DNA of 64,000 nt from an uncultured Verrucomicrobiae bacterium (GCA_963702845.1 OY969763.1:4224001-4288000), one strand, 5' to 3'; numbered from the stretch's first letter, positions 22,501-34,454 are shown. The notes: a model not told the origin generated them from the sequence alone. Program-made: numbers and translations.

Positions 22501-23398
22501 GATTCGGCTTCCACTCAGCACATCCGACCGACGGCGGATTCGCCCACGCGTTTCCGAAGATATCCGTTCCAAAAGTGATGTTCGTTCCTGCGCCAATGCA
22601 GGGCGAACCGCTGGTCAAATGCACCCCGTCGACAAACAACTGTGGTGCATTCGTAAAATTTCCCGGCCCAGCGGTAACCGATGACACACAACAATAGGCT
22701 ATCGATGAGGAGAAGTTAGGTGATGAATTGTAGTAAATGATGGAGTTAATTGCGGCACAATTTTGTAAACCCTCGGAATTCGTCACGACGGTACAGTTCC
22801 TCAACACACACTGATAAGCAGCGTAGGTGAGGTTTGCATTCGTAGCTATCAACGAGTTCCGGACCGAGGCCTGATACACCGCACCATTGGCGCTGTTATT
22901 TGATATAATCACAGAATTTGCTACCACCGCCAAATTCGATGACGCTCCATAAACCGCCCCCCCGAACAAGGACTGGCCCGATCCCGTTCTGGTCGCCCCC
23001 CACTTCAACGTGAACCCAATCAACGCCGCATTATTTGTTATCCACGCACACCGCACTGCACTCGTGCCATTTGTCGGGCCCCAACCCTGGATCGTTGTCA
23101 CAAACGGCCCGCTCGCACTCTGCACCGTAATGGCCTTATTCAACGATACGCGATTCGTAATCACGCCATCCATCGACCTGCCGCCGCTCGCATAAACGCC
23201 ATTCGTCACCAAAACAACGTCACCGTCGCTCGACGCATCAATAGCATCCTGGATATTCGTCGCCGCCGTATTCCAATCGACAAACGGCGCAACAGGGTTC
23301 GTCCCGTTTGCATCGACAAAAAAGGTGTTAGCACTGGCGTTGAGGGCAAGTAATAGACATCCGGCCGACAGGAAAGTTCTTTGGATAAAAGCCCGCAT
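19534..23398 (-). CDS. Large secreted protein with three beta-helix-like repeat modules, Ig-like and PKD-like domains (frameshift near 21540-21600)
   Basis: Signal peptide; repeated W.TAA.TIQDAI.A...G..I.VTNGVYA.GG.S.DG.ITNRV and HL...SPCIGAG...DI.G..W..PPS.GC units over ORFs 21542-23398 and 19534-21615. Confidence 0.75.
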
Positions 23399-24152
23399 TG
23401 GTTGTTTGAGGTCGTTGCAGGCGCCAAAGTACCACGCGAGTTTTCACAGTGTCGAGCGCGAACCGTAGCAAATCTCATCTCAGAAGCTTCTGTGCCCCTG
23501 CGGTTTCACCGATCCATGTTTCGTCTGTGTTTTATCCGTGGCTAAAAACCCGTTCAGCAATCTTCATGCCTTGGCGCCTTAGCGGTTAGATTTAGTGCAG
23601 AAAAAGTGCTGTTTCTTTCCCTGTCTTCCCTCCTTTCCCTACATTTTTTGACACGTAGCTACTTTATGGCATCATCGGTCGTGTTATGCGATATATGCAA
23701 CATAAAGACAACGCGGGGATTCTGATTCCCGCACCGAACCAAGTGACCCACGACAGTTTTATGTCGATGGTGACTCCCGCTGGCTTGGTACGCACGCCTG
23801 CCCAATTTCGTCCATTTTCGACCGACGGGGGTGCCCACTTTCGTCCATTAACATCCACTTTCGACCAACAACGGCCGCCTACGTCCGCTAAAACCCAAAA
23901 AAATTATTTTTACCAAACGCTATGAACACTACTCAACAACTTGAAACCACCGACGTTCCATTCAGACCTTCGCGCCCATTGCGTCCTTCGCGAGACACCT
24001 CTTCGAGCAATTCCGTTGGACGTTGGATGTTGGATTGCGCACCGGACGATCCGGTCGGAAGTTCGACGTTCGCCTTCCCTTCCGCAACACCAACTAACGC
24101 CATCAAAACCGCTACAGTTGACAACCCCGGCTCTCGCGGCAAACTTCCGTGT

Positions 24153-25361
24153 ATGACTCGCAAGCTTTCCGTTTTAGCATTCGCGCTTTGCCTGGCCTCC
24201 TCCGTTCACGCCAATGATTGGCCCAATTGGCGCGGGCCCAATTACAACGGCATTTCGAGCGAGACCGGCTGGACCACAAAATGGCCGGCGGAAGGGCCCA
24301 AGCAGCTTTGGAAGGCGTCGGTCGGGACCGGGTTTTCGTCGATGTCAGTCGCGCGTAACCACGTCTATACGATGGGCAATGCGGCCGACCAGGACACGGT
24401 GTTTTGTTTTGATGCGGCGACGGGCAAGGTCGTTTGGAAACATTCTTACGCCTGCGCGCTCGATCCCAAATATTACGAAGGCGGGCCGAGCGTGACGCCG
24501 ACGGTCGCCGGCAATCGCGTGTTCACACTTTCGCGCAAAGGCGATGTGTTTTGTCTCGATGCCGACACCGGCAAAGTCATCTGGAATAAGAACGTTGCTA
24601 AAGAAGTCGGCGCTGAAATCCCGACTTGGGGTCTGGCCGGTTCGCCTTACTTTGAGAAAGGCCGCATTTACCTGGACGTTGGCTCGGCCGGCACCGCGCT
24701 TGACGCCAAGACCGGCAAAGTGATTTGGAAAAGCGGCCCTGATGCGGCCGGATATTCCACGCCACAACCCGCCACCTTCGACGGCAAAGAAGCGCTGGTG
24801 ATCATGGCCAAAAAGACGGTCGACGCAGTGTCTAAAACTGACGGGCACAAACTTTGGTCCTATCCATGGGAATCGAAGTATGACGTCAACGCCACCCAAC
24901 CGATCATCGACGGCGATAAAGTGTTCATTTCATCGGGCTACGATCACGGTTGCGCATTGCTGAACGTGAAAGGCAACAAACCGGAAAAGCTTTGGGAAAA
25001 TAAAAACCTGCGCAATCACATCAATTCCAGCGTGCTGCTCGAGCAATTCATTTATGGATTCGACGGCGACGCCAATCGCGGTGCCGGTTTTGTTTGCCTC
25101 AATATGAGCAGCGGCGACGTGAAATGGAAAAACGAAGATTACAAAACCGGCTCATTGATGGTGGCCAATCACAAACTGATTATTCTGAGTGATAAGGGCG
25201 AATTGGTCATCGCGGAAGTTTCCCCGGACGGGTTCAAGCCTTTGGCCCAGGCGCAGGTGCTCGGTGGCCGTTGCTGGACGCAACCGGTGCTTGCGAATGG
25301 ACGCATCTATTGTCGCAATGCGAAAGGCGATTTGGTTTGCCTCAACGTCAAACCGTCCTGA
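24153..25361 (+). CDS. PQQ-binding-like beta-propeller protein (secreted)
   Basis: Signal peptide then DWPNWRGP, repeated D..TGK..W, WTQPVLANGRIYCRN. Confidence 0.88.
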   Translation: MTRKLSVLAFALCLASSVHANDWPNWRGPNYNGISSETGWTTKWPAEGPKQLWKASVGTGFSSMSVARNHVYTMGNAADQDTVFCFDAATGKVVWKHSYACALDPKYYEGGPSVTPTVAGNRVFTLSRKGDVFCLDADTGKVIWNKNVAKEVGAEIPTWGLAGSPYFEKGRIYLDVGSAGTALDAKTGKVIWKSGPDAAGYSTPQPATFDGKEALVIMAKKTVDAVSKTDGHKLWSYPWESKYDVNATQPIIDGDKVFISSGYDHGCALLNVKGNKPEKLWENKNLRNHINSSVLLEQFIYGFDGDANRGAGFVCLNMSSGDVKWKNEDYKTGSLMVANHKLIILSDKGELVIAEVSPDGFKPLAQAQVLGGRCWTQPVLANGRIYCRNAKGDLVCLNVKPS

Positions 25362-25390
25362 TGCCAGCCCGCTAAAGCGGGCGAGTTGCA

Positions 25391-25999
25391 CTAATGAACT
25401 GATTCGACGCGCAAAGCCGCTTCGTAATCGGCCGCGACATCGATATCAATCTCGAGCCCGGGATCATCGACATCGGATGGTTCAATATGCTGGCCATGGA
25501 GAAAGTCGCTCAAGACCTCAGCTTTGGTATCGGCGAGCTGAGCCAAACATTCGCGCGGCAAAATGACTGGATGACAGAACGTCCCGTTATGGCGCGGCTG
25601 GCAAATGCTGTCGAACTCTTCTTCCGCGGTGTGGAGCAGTTTCTGCAACGTCGCCCGCTTGAGATGCGGCTGATCGCCGAGGATGATGGCAAAATGGCTC
25701 GTCTCCGCCGGCCATGAGGCGCGCGCCGCGCATTGAATGGAACTAAACATACCGTCGTCAGGCCGTGGATTTAAGATGCGCGCTCGTTCGGGAATATCGA
25801 GCCGGTCGAGTTCGTCCTGGATCGGGTCAGGTTTTGGTCCGCACACCACACGAACCTCAGCGCCCAATTGGCGCCATGTTTCGACCTGATGCGCGAGAAT
25901 GGTTGACCCATGCCACGGCAACAAAAGCTTTGGTTTACCCATTCGACGCGAACGCCCGGCTCCGAGGATGACAGCCGCGAGATGAAGACGCGTGTTCAT
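25391..25999 (-). CDS. MobA/MocA-like nucleotidyltransferase
   Basis: ILGAGRSRRMGKPKLLL, GMFSSI, LGDQP, HPVI, DID. Confidence 0.85.
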   Translation of the reverse strand: MNTRLHLAAVILGAGRSRRMGKPKLLLPWHGSTILAHQVETWRQLGAEVRVVCGPKPDPIQDELDRLDIPERARILNPRPDDGMFSSIQCAARASWPAETSHFAIILGDQPHLKRATLQKLLHTAEEEFDSICQPRHNGTFCHPVILPRECLAQLADTKAEVLSDFLHGQHIEPSDVDDPGLEIDIDVAADYEAALRVESVH

Positions 26000-26134
26000 G
26001 TGTCAACGATTGCACCTTTTTGAGCGGTGTAAAGACACCAACTGTCGACTGGTTCATTTCCATTGAAACGTGGATGAGACAGTGCCACTCTGCGGCAAAC
26101 CCAGGTAATGACGCCGGGCGAGAATGAGGTTTCT

Positions 26135-26671
26135 ATGCAACGTCCCAAAGTAGCAACGGTTTTCGGAATTCTAAATATCGCCTTCGCGGCGATGGGTGTC
26201 GTTGGACTGATTGTCAGCATCGTTGTCCTACGCGTCGCCGCCGCGAGTCATTCGAACTCAATACTCCAGCAAAGTCCGGTGCTTGCCGCCTGGACAAAAA
26301 TTTCGATGCCGATCGGTTTCGTCAGTTCGATCGTGTTGGCGATCGCCGGAACGGGTTTGCTGCTATTCAAAAACTGGGGGCGGATTCTTTCGATCATTTA
26401 TGCGATCTATGGGCTGGTATTCGGAATCGTTGGCCTCTTTCTGACGTTTTTCTTCATGTGTCTTCCGATGATCCAACAGGCTCAGCAGAATCCCGGCCCG
26501 GAATCGATTGGCAGGACTGCCGGGGCGATTGGCGGGATGATCGGCGGTGTCATCGGTCTGGCATATCCAGTGCTGTTGCTGATTTTCATGCTGCGGCCGA
26601 AAGTGGTTGAGGCATTCCGGGCGGCGGAAGCGGCGTCGTCGCAAAGCCAGAGTTATCCATCGGCGAGCTGA
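26135..26671 (+). CDS. Hypothetical 4-TM membrane protein
   Basis: RP..ATVFGILNI, four hydrophobic helices. Confidence 0.7.
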   Translation: MQRPKVATVFGILNIAFAAMGVVGLIVSIVVLRVAAASHSNSILQQSPVLAAWTKISMPIGFVSSIVLAIAGTGLLLFKNWGRILSIIYAIYGLVFGIVGLFLTFFFMCLPMIQQAQQNPGPESIGRTAGAIGGMIGGVIGLAYPVLLLIFMLRPKVVEAFRAAEAASSQSQSYPSAS

Positions 26672-26695
26672 CCGCTGATTACCGATTACTGATTT

Positions 26696-27428
26696 ATGGC
26701 CGGTCATAGTAAATGGTCGAAAGTTAAGCACATCAAAGGCCCGCTGGATGCGAAGCGCTCGAAGGTTTTCGCGAAGCTGAGCAAGGAAATTACGATCGCG
26801 GCCAAGATCGCCGGCGGCGATCCGGGGATGAACCCGCGCTTGCGAATGGCCCTGCTCAAATCGCGCGCGGCCAACATGCCCGCAGACAATATCGACCGAG
26901 CCATCCAGCGTGGGACGGGTGGTGGCGAAGCGATCAGTTACGAAGATTTGACCTACGAGGTTTATGGGCCACATGGCGTGGCAATTTTGGTTGAGTTGAG
27001 CACGGATAATCGCAATCGCACGGCGGCCGAGATTCGGAGTTTGTTGACCAAGAACGGCGGGACAATTGCGACCGCTGGTTCGGTCAGTCGTTTGTTCCAA
27101 CGCAAGGGCCAGATCATCATCGCACGGGAGGGCGCGAATGAAGATCAGTTGATGGAAGCCGCGCTGGAAGCGGGTGCGGAAGATTTTCGCAGTGATGAGC
27201 AGGGATTCGAAATTTTGACGGAACCGGCGCAATTCGAAGCGGTCAACAAAGCCGTCGAAGCGAAAGGCGTGAAACCGGCGCTTGGCGGAAGTGGCGTGGA
27301 TTCCGACATTAACGGTGCCGCTCAGTGACCCGAAATCGATTGGTGACGTGGCCAGGCTGATTGACCTGTTGGAAGAACACGACGACGTCAAAGAAGTGCA
27401 TTCGAACGAGGAAACGACGGCTTCGTAA
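26696..27428 (+). CDS. yebC: YebC/PmpR family protein (frameshift near 27285)
   Basis: MAGHSKWSKVKHIK, NMPADNI.RAI, TDNRNRT; C-terminus LEEHDDVKEVHSN in another frame. Confidence 0.9.
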
Positions 27429-27531
27429 AAGGGCAAGTTTGCTCTAAATCAAAGCGACTGAGCGAAAAATTAGCGTTTTTTGGCGAAGTTTCACCATCTA
27501 CCCTATTTTGCGACAAGCACCCCAAAGACGA

Positions 27532-27559
27532 TTGACTCCAGTCCTTCGTCTGTTAGATT
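27532..27559 (+). promoter_or_regulatory. Putative sigma70 promoter upstream of ppdK
   Basis: TTGACT-N16-TAGATT. Confidence 0.4.
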
Positions 27560-27720
27560 CGCCGCGATTGGAGAAAACCAACGGGGCTGGGCCAGCAGCA
27601 CAAATGCCCACCCGAACTGGAATTTCCGGCATTTTCGGAGGGACGATTTCACGAGGCCGAAGGTGTGCTTACGCAGTCGCGCTCGTGTGATTCGTCCCCT
27701 TTTTTAGAAAGAATACAATT

Positions 27721-30457
27721 ATGGCTAAATCGCAGAAATACGTTTACCTCTTCGGAAACAAAAAAGCCGATGGCAATGGCGCAATGAAACCGTTGCTCGG
27801 CGGCAAAGGCGCTAACCTGGCGGAAATGACCCGCATCGGTCTTCCGGTTCCTCCCGGCTTCACCATCACCACCGAGGTCTGCACATATTATTATGCGCAC
27901 GGCCGCAGCTATCCGAAGGAACTCTGGGGCCAATGCAAAACTGGCGTCCAGAACATGGAGAAGATTCTCAATAAACGTTTCGGCGATATGCAACGTCCCC
28001 TGCTCGTCGCGGTCCGCTCCGGCGCACGCGATTCGATGCCGGGCATGATGGATACGATTTTGAACCTCGGCCTGAACGATCAAACAGTTGTCGCGCTTGA
28101 AAAAGCCAGTGGCAACGTTCGTTTTGCCTGGGATTGTTACCGCCGTTTTATCCAGATGTATGGCGACGTCGTCATGGGCGTGCAAAAGCGCGCTGGTGAA
28201 GATCATGAACCTTTCGAAACTGTCATCGATGATTTGAAGGAAGAATTGTTCCCCGGCCAAAAGCATGTCGAAGACACGAAGATCGACGCCGATGGTTTGA
28301 AGGAATTGGTGAAGCGTTTCAAAGCGCTTGTCAAAGAACGCACCGGCAAAGCATTCCCGAATGATCCCTGGCAGCAATTGCAAGGCGCAGTCGGCGCTGT
28401 GTTCAATTCCTGGATGAACGATCGCGCGAACGTTTATCGCCAGAAATACAACATCCCCTCCGAATGGGGAACGGCGGTGAACGTGCAAGCGATGGTGTTC
28501 GGTAATACCGGGGACACATCGGGTTCCGGCGTCGCTTTCACCCGCGACCCTGCGTCCGGTGAAAAAGTTTTCTACGGCGAATTTCTCATCAACGCTCAAG
28601 GCGAAGACGTCGTCGCTGGTGTGCGCACGCCGAATCCGGTTTCTGAACTCAAGGCCGCGATGCCGGGGCCTTTCGCCGAACTCGAGAAGGTTCGCAAAAC
28701 GCTCGAGAGCCATTTCCGCGATATGCAGGACTTCGAGTTCACTGTCGAAGAAGGCAAATTGTTCATGCTCCAAACTCGTAACGGCAAACGCACCGGCCTG
28801 GCGGCTGTTCGTTTGGCGGTCGAGATGGAAAAGGAAAAGTTGATCACGTGGGAAGAAGCGATTGCGCGCGTTCCTGCGGAACAGCTCGATCAAGTGCTCG
28901 CGCCGGTGTTCGATCGCGCGGCAGTTAAGTCTGCCAAGGTGATCGCCAAAGGTTTGCCAGCCGGCCCTGGCGCTGCCACTGGTCGTATTTATTTCAATGC
29001 CGAACGCTCTGTTGAAGCGGCCGCCAAAGGACGAAAAAGTTCTGTTGGTTCGCGTCGAAACTTCGCCTGAAGATCTTCGCGGCATGATTGCCGCCGAAGG
29101 TATTTTGACGGCACGCGGTGGTGTCAGTTCACACGCTGCACTCGTCGCGCGTCAGATGGGTAAAGTTTGCGTTTGCGGCGCGAGCGCGTTGCACGTGGAT
29201 TATCACAAGAAGACGCTCGAAGTCGGCGGCCAAATATTCAACGAAGGCGACTTCCTCTCCATCGACGGCACTGCCGGTGAAGTTTACGCGGGCGAAATTA
29301 AAACCGCTCCGTCGGAAATCATCCAGGTGCTCATCGAAAAGACGTTGCAGCCGAAGGACAGCCGCACATATCAAAACTTCGCGACAATTGATGAAGTGGT
29401 GCGATAAAGCCACGAAACTGGCTGTCCGCACCAACGCCGATTCACCGGACCAGACCGCCAACGCGGTTGCGTTCGGCGCGAGTGGCATTGGCCTTTGCCG
29501 CACCGAACACATGTTTTTTGAAGGCAAACGTATTGATGCGATGCGCGAAATGATTCTGGCGGAGAACACCGACGATCGCAAAAAAGCGCTCGCCAAGCTC
29601 TTGCCATTTCAGCGCGAAGACTTCCTCGGCATCTTCAAGGAATTGAAAGGTTTGCCGGCGACGATCCGTTTCCTCGATCCGCCGTTGCACGAATTCTTGC
29701 CGCACGATCGCAAGGCACAGGAAGAACTCGCGTCGAAGTCATCGGCGTGTCTGCCGACAAGATCGCCAAGCGCGTGAGCGAACTGCACGAGTTCAACCCG
29801 ATGCTCGGTCATCGCGGTTGCCGTCTCGGAATTGTTTATCCTGAAATCAGCGAAATGCAGGCGCGCGCCGTGTTCGAAGCCGCTGCGGAAGTGCAGAAAA
29901 AAGGCATCAAGGTTAAACCAGAAATCATGATCCCGCTCGTTGGTTTCCAAAAGGAACTGCAACTGCAAGTCGAAGTGGTCCACCGCGTCGCCAAAGAAGT
30001 CGCGAAGGAAAAGAAAACGAAATTGAACTATCTCGTCGGTACGATGATCGAAATTCCGCGCGCTGCGTTGGTCGCGGACGAAATCGCAAAGGACGCCCAA
30101 TTCTTCAGCTTCGGCACCAATGACCTGACGCAAACGACGCTCGGCATGAGCCGCGACGATTCCGGTTCGTTCCTGCCTAAATACCAGGAACTCGAAATCG
30201 TTAAGCAAAATCCGTTTGCAACCATCGACCAAAATGGCGTCGGCAAACTGATGCAGATCGCCGTTGAACTCGGCCGCAAGACTCGCCCTGACATCAAGCT
30301 CGGCATTTGCGGCGAACACGGTGGCGAACCCGCCAGCGTGAAGTTCTGCCATCGCATCGGCCTGGCCTACGTAAGCTGCTCGCCGTTCCGCGTGCCGATC
30401 GCACGTTTGGCCGCCGCGCAAGCCGCCTTGGAAGATAAGAAAAAGGCGAAGAAGTAA
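27721..30457 (+). CDS. ppdK: Pyruvate phosphate dikinase (several apparent frameshifts)
   Basis: [79 protein letters not shown]. Confidence 0.96.
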
Positions 30458-30486
30458 ATTACCTGTCCGATCAGGACAAACGAGAT

Positions 30487-30517
30487 AGCCCGACGTGCAC
30501 ACGTCGGGCTATTTTTT
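30487..30517 (+). terminator. Rho-independent terminator after ppdK
   Basis: TAGCCCGACGTG-CA-CACGTCGGGCTA followed by TTTTTT. Confidence 0.8.
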
Positions 30518-30578
30518 GGTACAAAAATTTGCCGAAATTGTAATTGAGCGTTTTCCGTCCCAGCCCAAACTATCGACC

Positions 30579-31559
30579 ATGAACCTGACCAACTACACCG
30601 TTTCAAACGTTCGAACACGTTTGACCGGCCAACTATGGCCTCGTGGTTCGCAGAGTGGTCTGCCGACCTGGGGCACGTTTCTTTTCGGTTTGCCGTTTTT
30701 GGGGATGGGAACATGGATCGCGCTCATAGGTTTGGAAGTGGTTCATGTGAAGCCTTCCTCCATCCACGCCCCGTTATGGGTGCTGACCGTAGCTGGCCTG
30801 TCTTTTTTTCTAGGCGGCGTTTGGATGTGGACGATGGGCTGCAAACAACTCCGCGCCAATCTGCGTCGCAAAAGAGTAATATCACACGACTCCAGCGATG
30901 TCGCCCGCGCTGATTATGCGTGGGACGAAAAAGGATACATGCCACCGCGCTGGTCGACGCCGATAAAAATGGCGGCCATTGGATTGGCTGTGACGGCATT
31001 TCTGTCGATGTTCAACTGGTGGGCATTCATCCTCGGTGGGCCCGTATTTGTGAAGGTCATTGTAGGCCTGTTCGACGTCTTTCTAATCATGTTCTGGTGT
31101 CAGAACGTCATCGCTTTTTTACGTGCCATGAAATTCGGAAATTCCCAAATTGAGTTTACCCAGTTCCCATTTCACCTTGGCGAACCGGTCCTGCTGCGCT
31201 GGTTCACACCGTCTGGAATCAATCGCGCGGAAAGCGGAACCTTCAAATTGCGCTGCGTAGAACAGTGGTATGAAAGATCCGGTGGCGACCAAAATTCATC
31301 GGCGCAATTAATCCAGGAAGAACTTTGGAGCAGCACGGCATCGCTTACTTCGCCACAGGATGTTCCGCCTGGGAAAATCATCGAGTTGCGTTTTGATCCC
31401 CCTGGCAGCGCACTTCCAACCTGCATGAACGCAAAAAATACCAAACCGGTGTTTTGGGAACTAGTCGTAGCGTTCAAAGAGCGCGGTCTGGATTTCAATC
31501 AAACGTATCTCGTGCCGATTTACGCAAGGAAATCGGTCGCGCCGGTTATGGTTGCTTAA
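30579..31559 (+). CDS. Hypothetical membrane protein
   Basis: FGLPF.GMG and further TM segments, soluble C-terminus ending F..TYLVPIY. Confidence 0.65.
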   Translation: MNLTNYTVSNVRTRLTGQLWPRGSQSGLPTWGTFLFGLPFLGMGTWIALIGLEVVHVKPSSIHAPLWVLTVAGLSFFLGGVWMWTMGCKQLRANLRRKRVISHDSSDVARADYAWDEKGYMPPRWSTPIKMAAIGLAVTAFLSMFNWWAFILGGPVFVKVIVGLFDVFLIMFWCQNVIAFLRAMKFGNSQIEFTQFPFHLGEPVLLRWFTPSGINRAESGTFKLRCVEQWYERSGGDQNSSAQLIQEELWSSTASLTSPQDVPPGKIIELRFDPPGSALPTCMNAKNTKPVFWELVVAFKERGLDFNQTYLVPIYARKSVAPVMVA

Positions 31560-31871
31560 CGTTTAGTCCCGCAGCCAAACGATCAACGCCAACAATCCGG
31601 CAAAAATGGCGACGGTGTTCATCGTTTTGTAACTTCCAGTAATCGTCCGCGTCACTTCAGCAACTGCTGGTGAACTGACGAGTTCGTTTTTAAGATCGTC
31701 CAGCTTGTGCGTGATTTCTTTGGAAACCGGAAAAGTATGATCGATGCCGTTCATGTTCCAATATCTCTTCGTCCGGGCGTGATGCAATTGGGGAGTTTCC
31801 TTATTCTGCAACAGCAAGGTTCCCATGCGACGATTGCGTAACGTATAGCCTACCGCTACACTAGCCGTCGC

Positions 31872-32921
31872 GTGTATATCGGCTTCTACAATTTTTACCG
31901 CCAATACAATGGCAACCGCATGTTCACCGATCCATCCTCACCGATCGGTGACGATTTGCTGTATCCGCTGGTTCGCCTCGGTGAGTTCCTGCGCAACCAG
32001 GGGCATAAAGTTGCGACGCTCGATATGGACGCGCTGGATAAATTCGACGCTGCCGTTTTTTTCGACCATCCCACGTTCCTGAACCCGTATTTGCGCAAAC
32101 TGCGCCAGATGAAGAACAAGAAGCTTTACTTGTTCTTATGTGAAAATGCAGCGAACCGGCCGGATAATTATTGGCCTCGCAATCATCGCGATTTTGACAA
32201 AGTCTTCACGTGGAACCCACATCTCGTAGATAACAAAAAATATTTCCAATTCCATCTGACCACACGCGTGCCGGAAAACTTTCGTATTAGCCAGCAAGGT
32301 CGAACGAAATTCTGCGTCACGATCGCGAGCCAAAAATATAATCCGCACTCGAAAGAACTTTACACAGAACGCGTGCGTTCCATTCGTTGGTTCGAACAAA
32401 ACCACCCCGATCAGTTTGACTTGTACGGAACCGAATGGGACCGGCGCTACATTGTGGGACGTTTCGCGCGCGCCAATCTCTTCCTCCAGCGTTTCTACAA
32501 AATGACGGGGGAGACCTTCAAGAGCCGTCATTTTCCGTCCTGGCGCGGGACGGTGAAAAGGAAGCGGGACGTGATGCAGCAATACAAATTTGCGCTCACC
32601 TATGAAAACGCGGTATTTCCGGGATACGTCACCGAAAAAATATTCGACGGACTTTTTGCTGGTTGCGTGCCGGTATATTTAGGGGCGCCGGACGTGACAG
32701 ACTTTATTCCCGCCAACGTATTCATCGACCGCCGCAATTTCAAAAGCTACGACGAACTTTATCGGTACATGAATACGATGCCGACTCAGGAATACACCAA
32801 CTATCTGGCGGCCATCGAAAATTTCGTCCGAGGCGACGCGATCAGGCCGTTCACAGTTGAAGCGTTATGTGATCTGTTCCTGCATCACGTCACGCAACCA
32901 CAGCTTGAAGCTACGCGCTAA
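31872..32921 (+). CDS. Glycosyltransferase family 10 (fucosyltransferase-like)
   Basis: YKFALTYEN..FPGYVTEKIFDG..AGCVPVYLG signature. Confidence 0.88.
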   Translation: MYIGFYNFYRQYNGNRMFTDPSSPIGDDLLYPLVRLGEFLRNQGHKVATLDMDALDKFDAAVFFDHPTFLNPYLRKLRQMKNKKLYLFLCENAANRPDNYWPRNHRDFDKVFTWNPHLVDNKKYFQFHLTTRVPENFRISQQGRTKFCVTIASQKYNPHSKELYTERVRSIRWFEQNHPDQFDLYGTEWDRRYIVGRFARANLFLQRFYKMTGETFKSRHFPSWRGTVKRKRDVMQQYKFALTYENAVFPGYVTEKIFDGLFAGCVPVYLGAPDVTDFIPANVFIDRRNFKSYDELYRYMNTMPTQEYTNYLAAIENFVRGDAIRPFTVEALCDLFLHHVTQPQLEATR

Positions 32922-33261
32922 CTTTACTCGAACGCGCGCGAGCTTTGGAGCGCGGCATATTTCGTTGAGGACGCACCCTGGTCAACCGGCGCTTCGAGCG
33001 CACCTGGTTTTCCAGGATGTAGCTAGGGGACTTTTTTAGGCGGCGACGGTATTTCAGCTTTTGGCGCATTCGTTCGCGGGCTGCGATGGTGTGTTTCAAG
33101 CAATACACACCGATGGCCGGTTCACCGCAGGTCAAACAAATGCCGCGCACTTTCTTGCGCAGCATATGAATCTGTTGTCGTGACATGGGGCTTCCGTCGG
33201 CTTTCACCATACCGGTAAACTCGTCACTAATCTTCTTTCTGCTCCAACTACTCTTTTTCAT
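32911..33261 (-). CDS. Small basic hypothetical protein with CxxC...CxxH motif
   Basis: GGAGG RBS; GICLTCGEPA...YCLKH. Confidence 0.55.
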   Translation of the reverse strand: MKKSSWSRKKISDEFTGMVKADGSPMSRQQIHMLRKKVRGICLTCGEPAIGVYCLKHTIAARERMRQKLKYRRRLKKSPSYILENQVRSKRRLTRVRPQRNMPRSKARARSSKVSA

Positions 33262-33419
33262 GATCTCGCCTCCTCACGGAAATTGTACTGTCAATATAGA
33301 CGGGTACGTGAATTACGCGAGGGCTTACAGTCAATTATTTTTGCAAATGTTTCTACCCTTTGACTATCGGGGATAAGGACGATTTTGGCTATGATAAAGA
33401 ACACTACGTATCGCGATGC

Positions 33420-34289
33420 CTAGGTGGCGGGAGCGAGCTTTTGGAGGAGTAGCGCCAGCACGAACCAGATTGGGAATAAGAAAATCCACGGCTGCGTTAA
33501 ATCTGCCGCTGCCAGAAGATCGACGAGAACAATCCCGGCCAGCAATTTTGCGACAGTCTTGCCGACCTGCGGTTGGGCGCGCCCGAATGTGAGGCGCAAG
33601 CTCGCGACGATCCAAAACACGAGAAGCGCAATGAGCAGGATGGCGCGGGTTCGAAGTTCGGTGTCATCGGCGAGCAGCGCCAAAAACACTGGCGCGGCGA
33701 GGAGAACCGCCGGCCATACATTGACTGGCGCCCACAGCGCCTCTTTACGCGCGAGATAGCTCAAGCCAACGATGTAAAGCGCCAACGCGCATCCGCTCCA
33801 AACCGCGAGTCCTGTCACGCCATTGACCGCCACCGACGCCGCAACAACATAAACCAGACAACGACACAGGCCCATGATCACCGGCGCCAGTCCGATCAAT
33901 TTGTGGAACGCGTCGTAAACGAGGATCGCGACAGCAAGCACTAGCGCGAGCACTGCGGTTGATTGTCCCATCCAACACAACGACGCGATACCTGCGATCA
34001 TCAGGATCACGCCCCAGGTCCACACTTCTCGCAACGTGACCGCACCCGATGGGATCGGCCGGCTGGAGCGATGTTGCCGGTCGAAATCAAAATCGAACGC
34101 ATCATTCAAAAACATTCCCGCGACATAAAGCAGGCTCGTGCCGACGCACGCCCACGCGAGCAACGCCCATCGACCACCGCCGCCGAGCCACCAGCCAGCG
34201 AGACAATTCGACCAAACGGTGGGTAAATTGGAAACACGCCCCAGCACGAGTAATGTGCGGAGTTTAGATGGCGGCGTGTGAACCAACAT
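33420..34289 (-). CDS. UbiA-family prenyltransferase (EboC-like)
   Basis: GRVSNLPTVWSN, GMFLNDAFD..FD..HRSSRPIPSG, YDAFHK, MGLCR. Confidence 0.88.
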   Translation of the reverse strand: MLVHTPPSKLRTLLVLGRVSNLPTVWSNCLAGWWLGGGGRWALLAWACVGTSLLYVAGMFLNDAFDFDFDRQHRSSRPIPSGAVTLREVWTWGVILMIAGIASLCWMGQSTAVLALVLAVAILVYDAFHKLIGLAPVIMGLCRCLVYVVAASVAVNGVTGLAVWSGCALALYIVGLSYLARKEALWAPVNVWPAVLLAAPVFLALLADDTELRTRAILLIALLVFWIVASLRLTFGRAQPQVGKTVAKLLAGIVLVDLLAAADLTQPWIFLFPIWFVLALLLQKLAPAT

Positions 34290-34454
34290 TGGCCCAGCAG
34301 GAAACCAACAATCGCCTGCCGATCAAAGGGAAAACTTCACTGGACACGCAAACACAGTGCTTTCAGCCCAGAAATCTTTACTTCGCTGGACTATTGCTGT
34401 ACAAGAGCTTTTCGAAAGCAGCTCAGCCTAAACCAACCTTTCGACCTCATTCTG

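Noticed and set aside
23922..24152. N-terminal 77-aa extension of the PQQ-like protein
   Set aside because: Translates intergenic low-complexity repeats; the signal peptide begins at 24153
31563..31904. Small minus-strand ORF
   Set aside because: Overlaps the glycosyltransferase start, start codon unclear, no recognisable family; could be a remnant but not supportable
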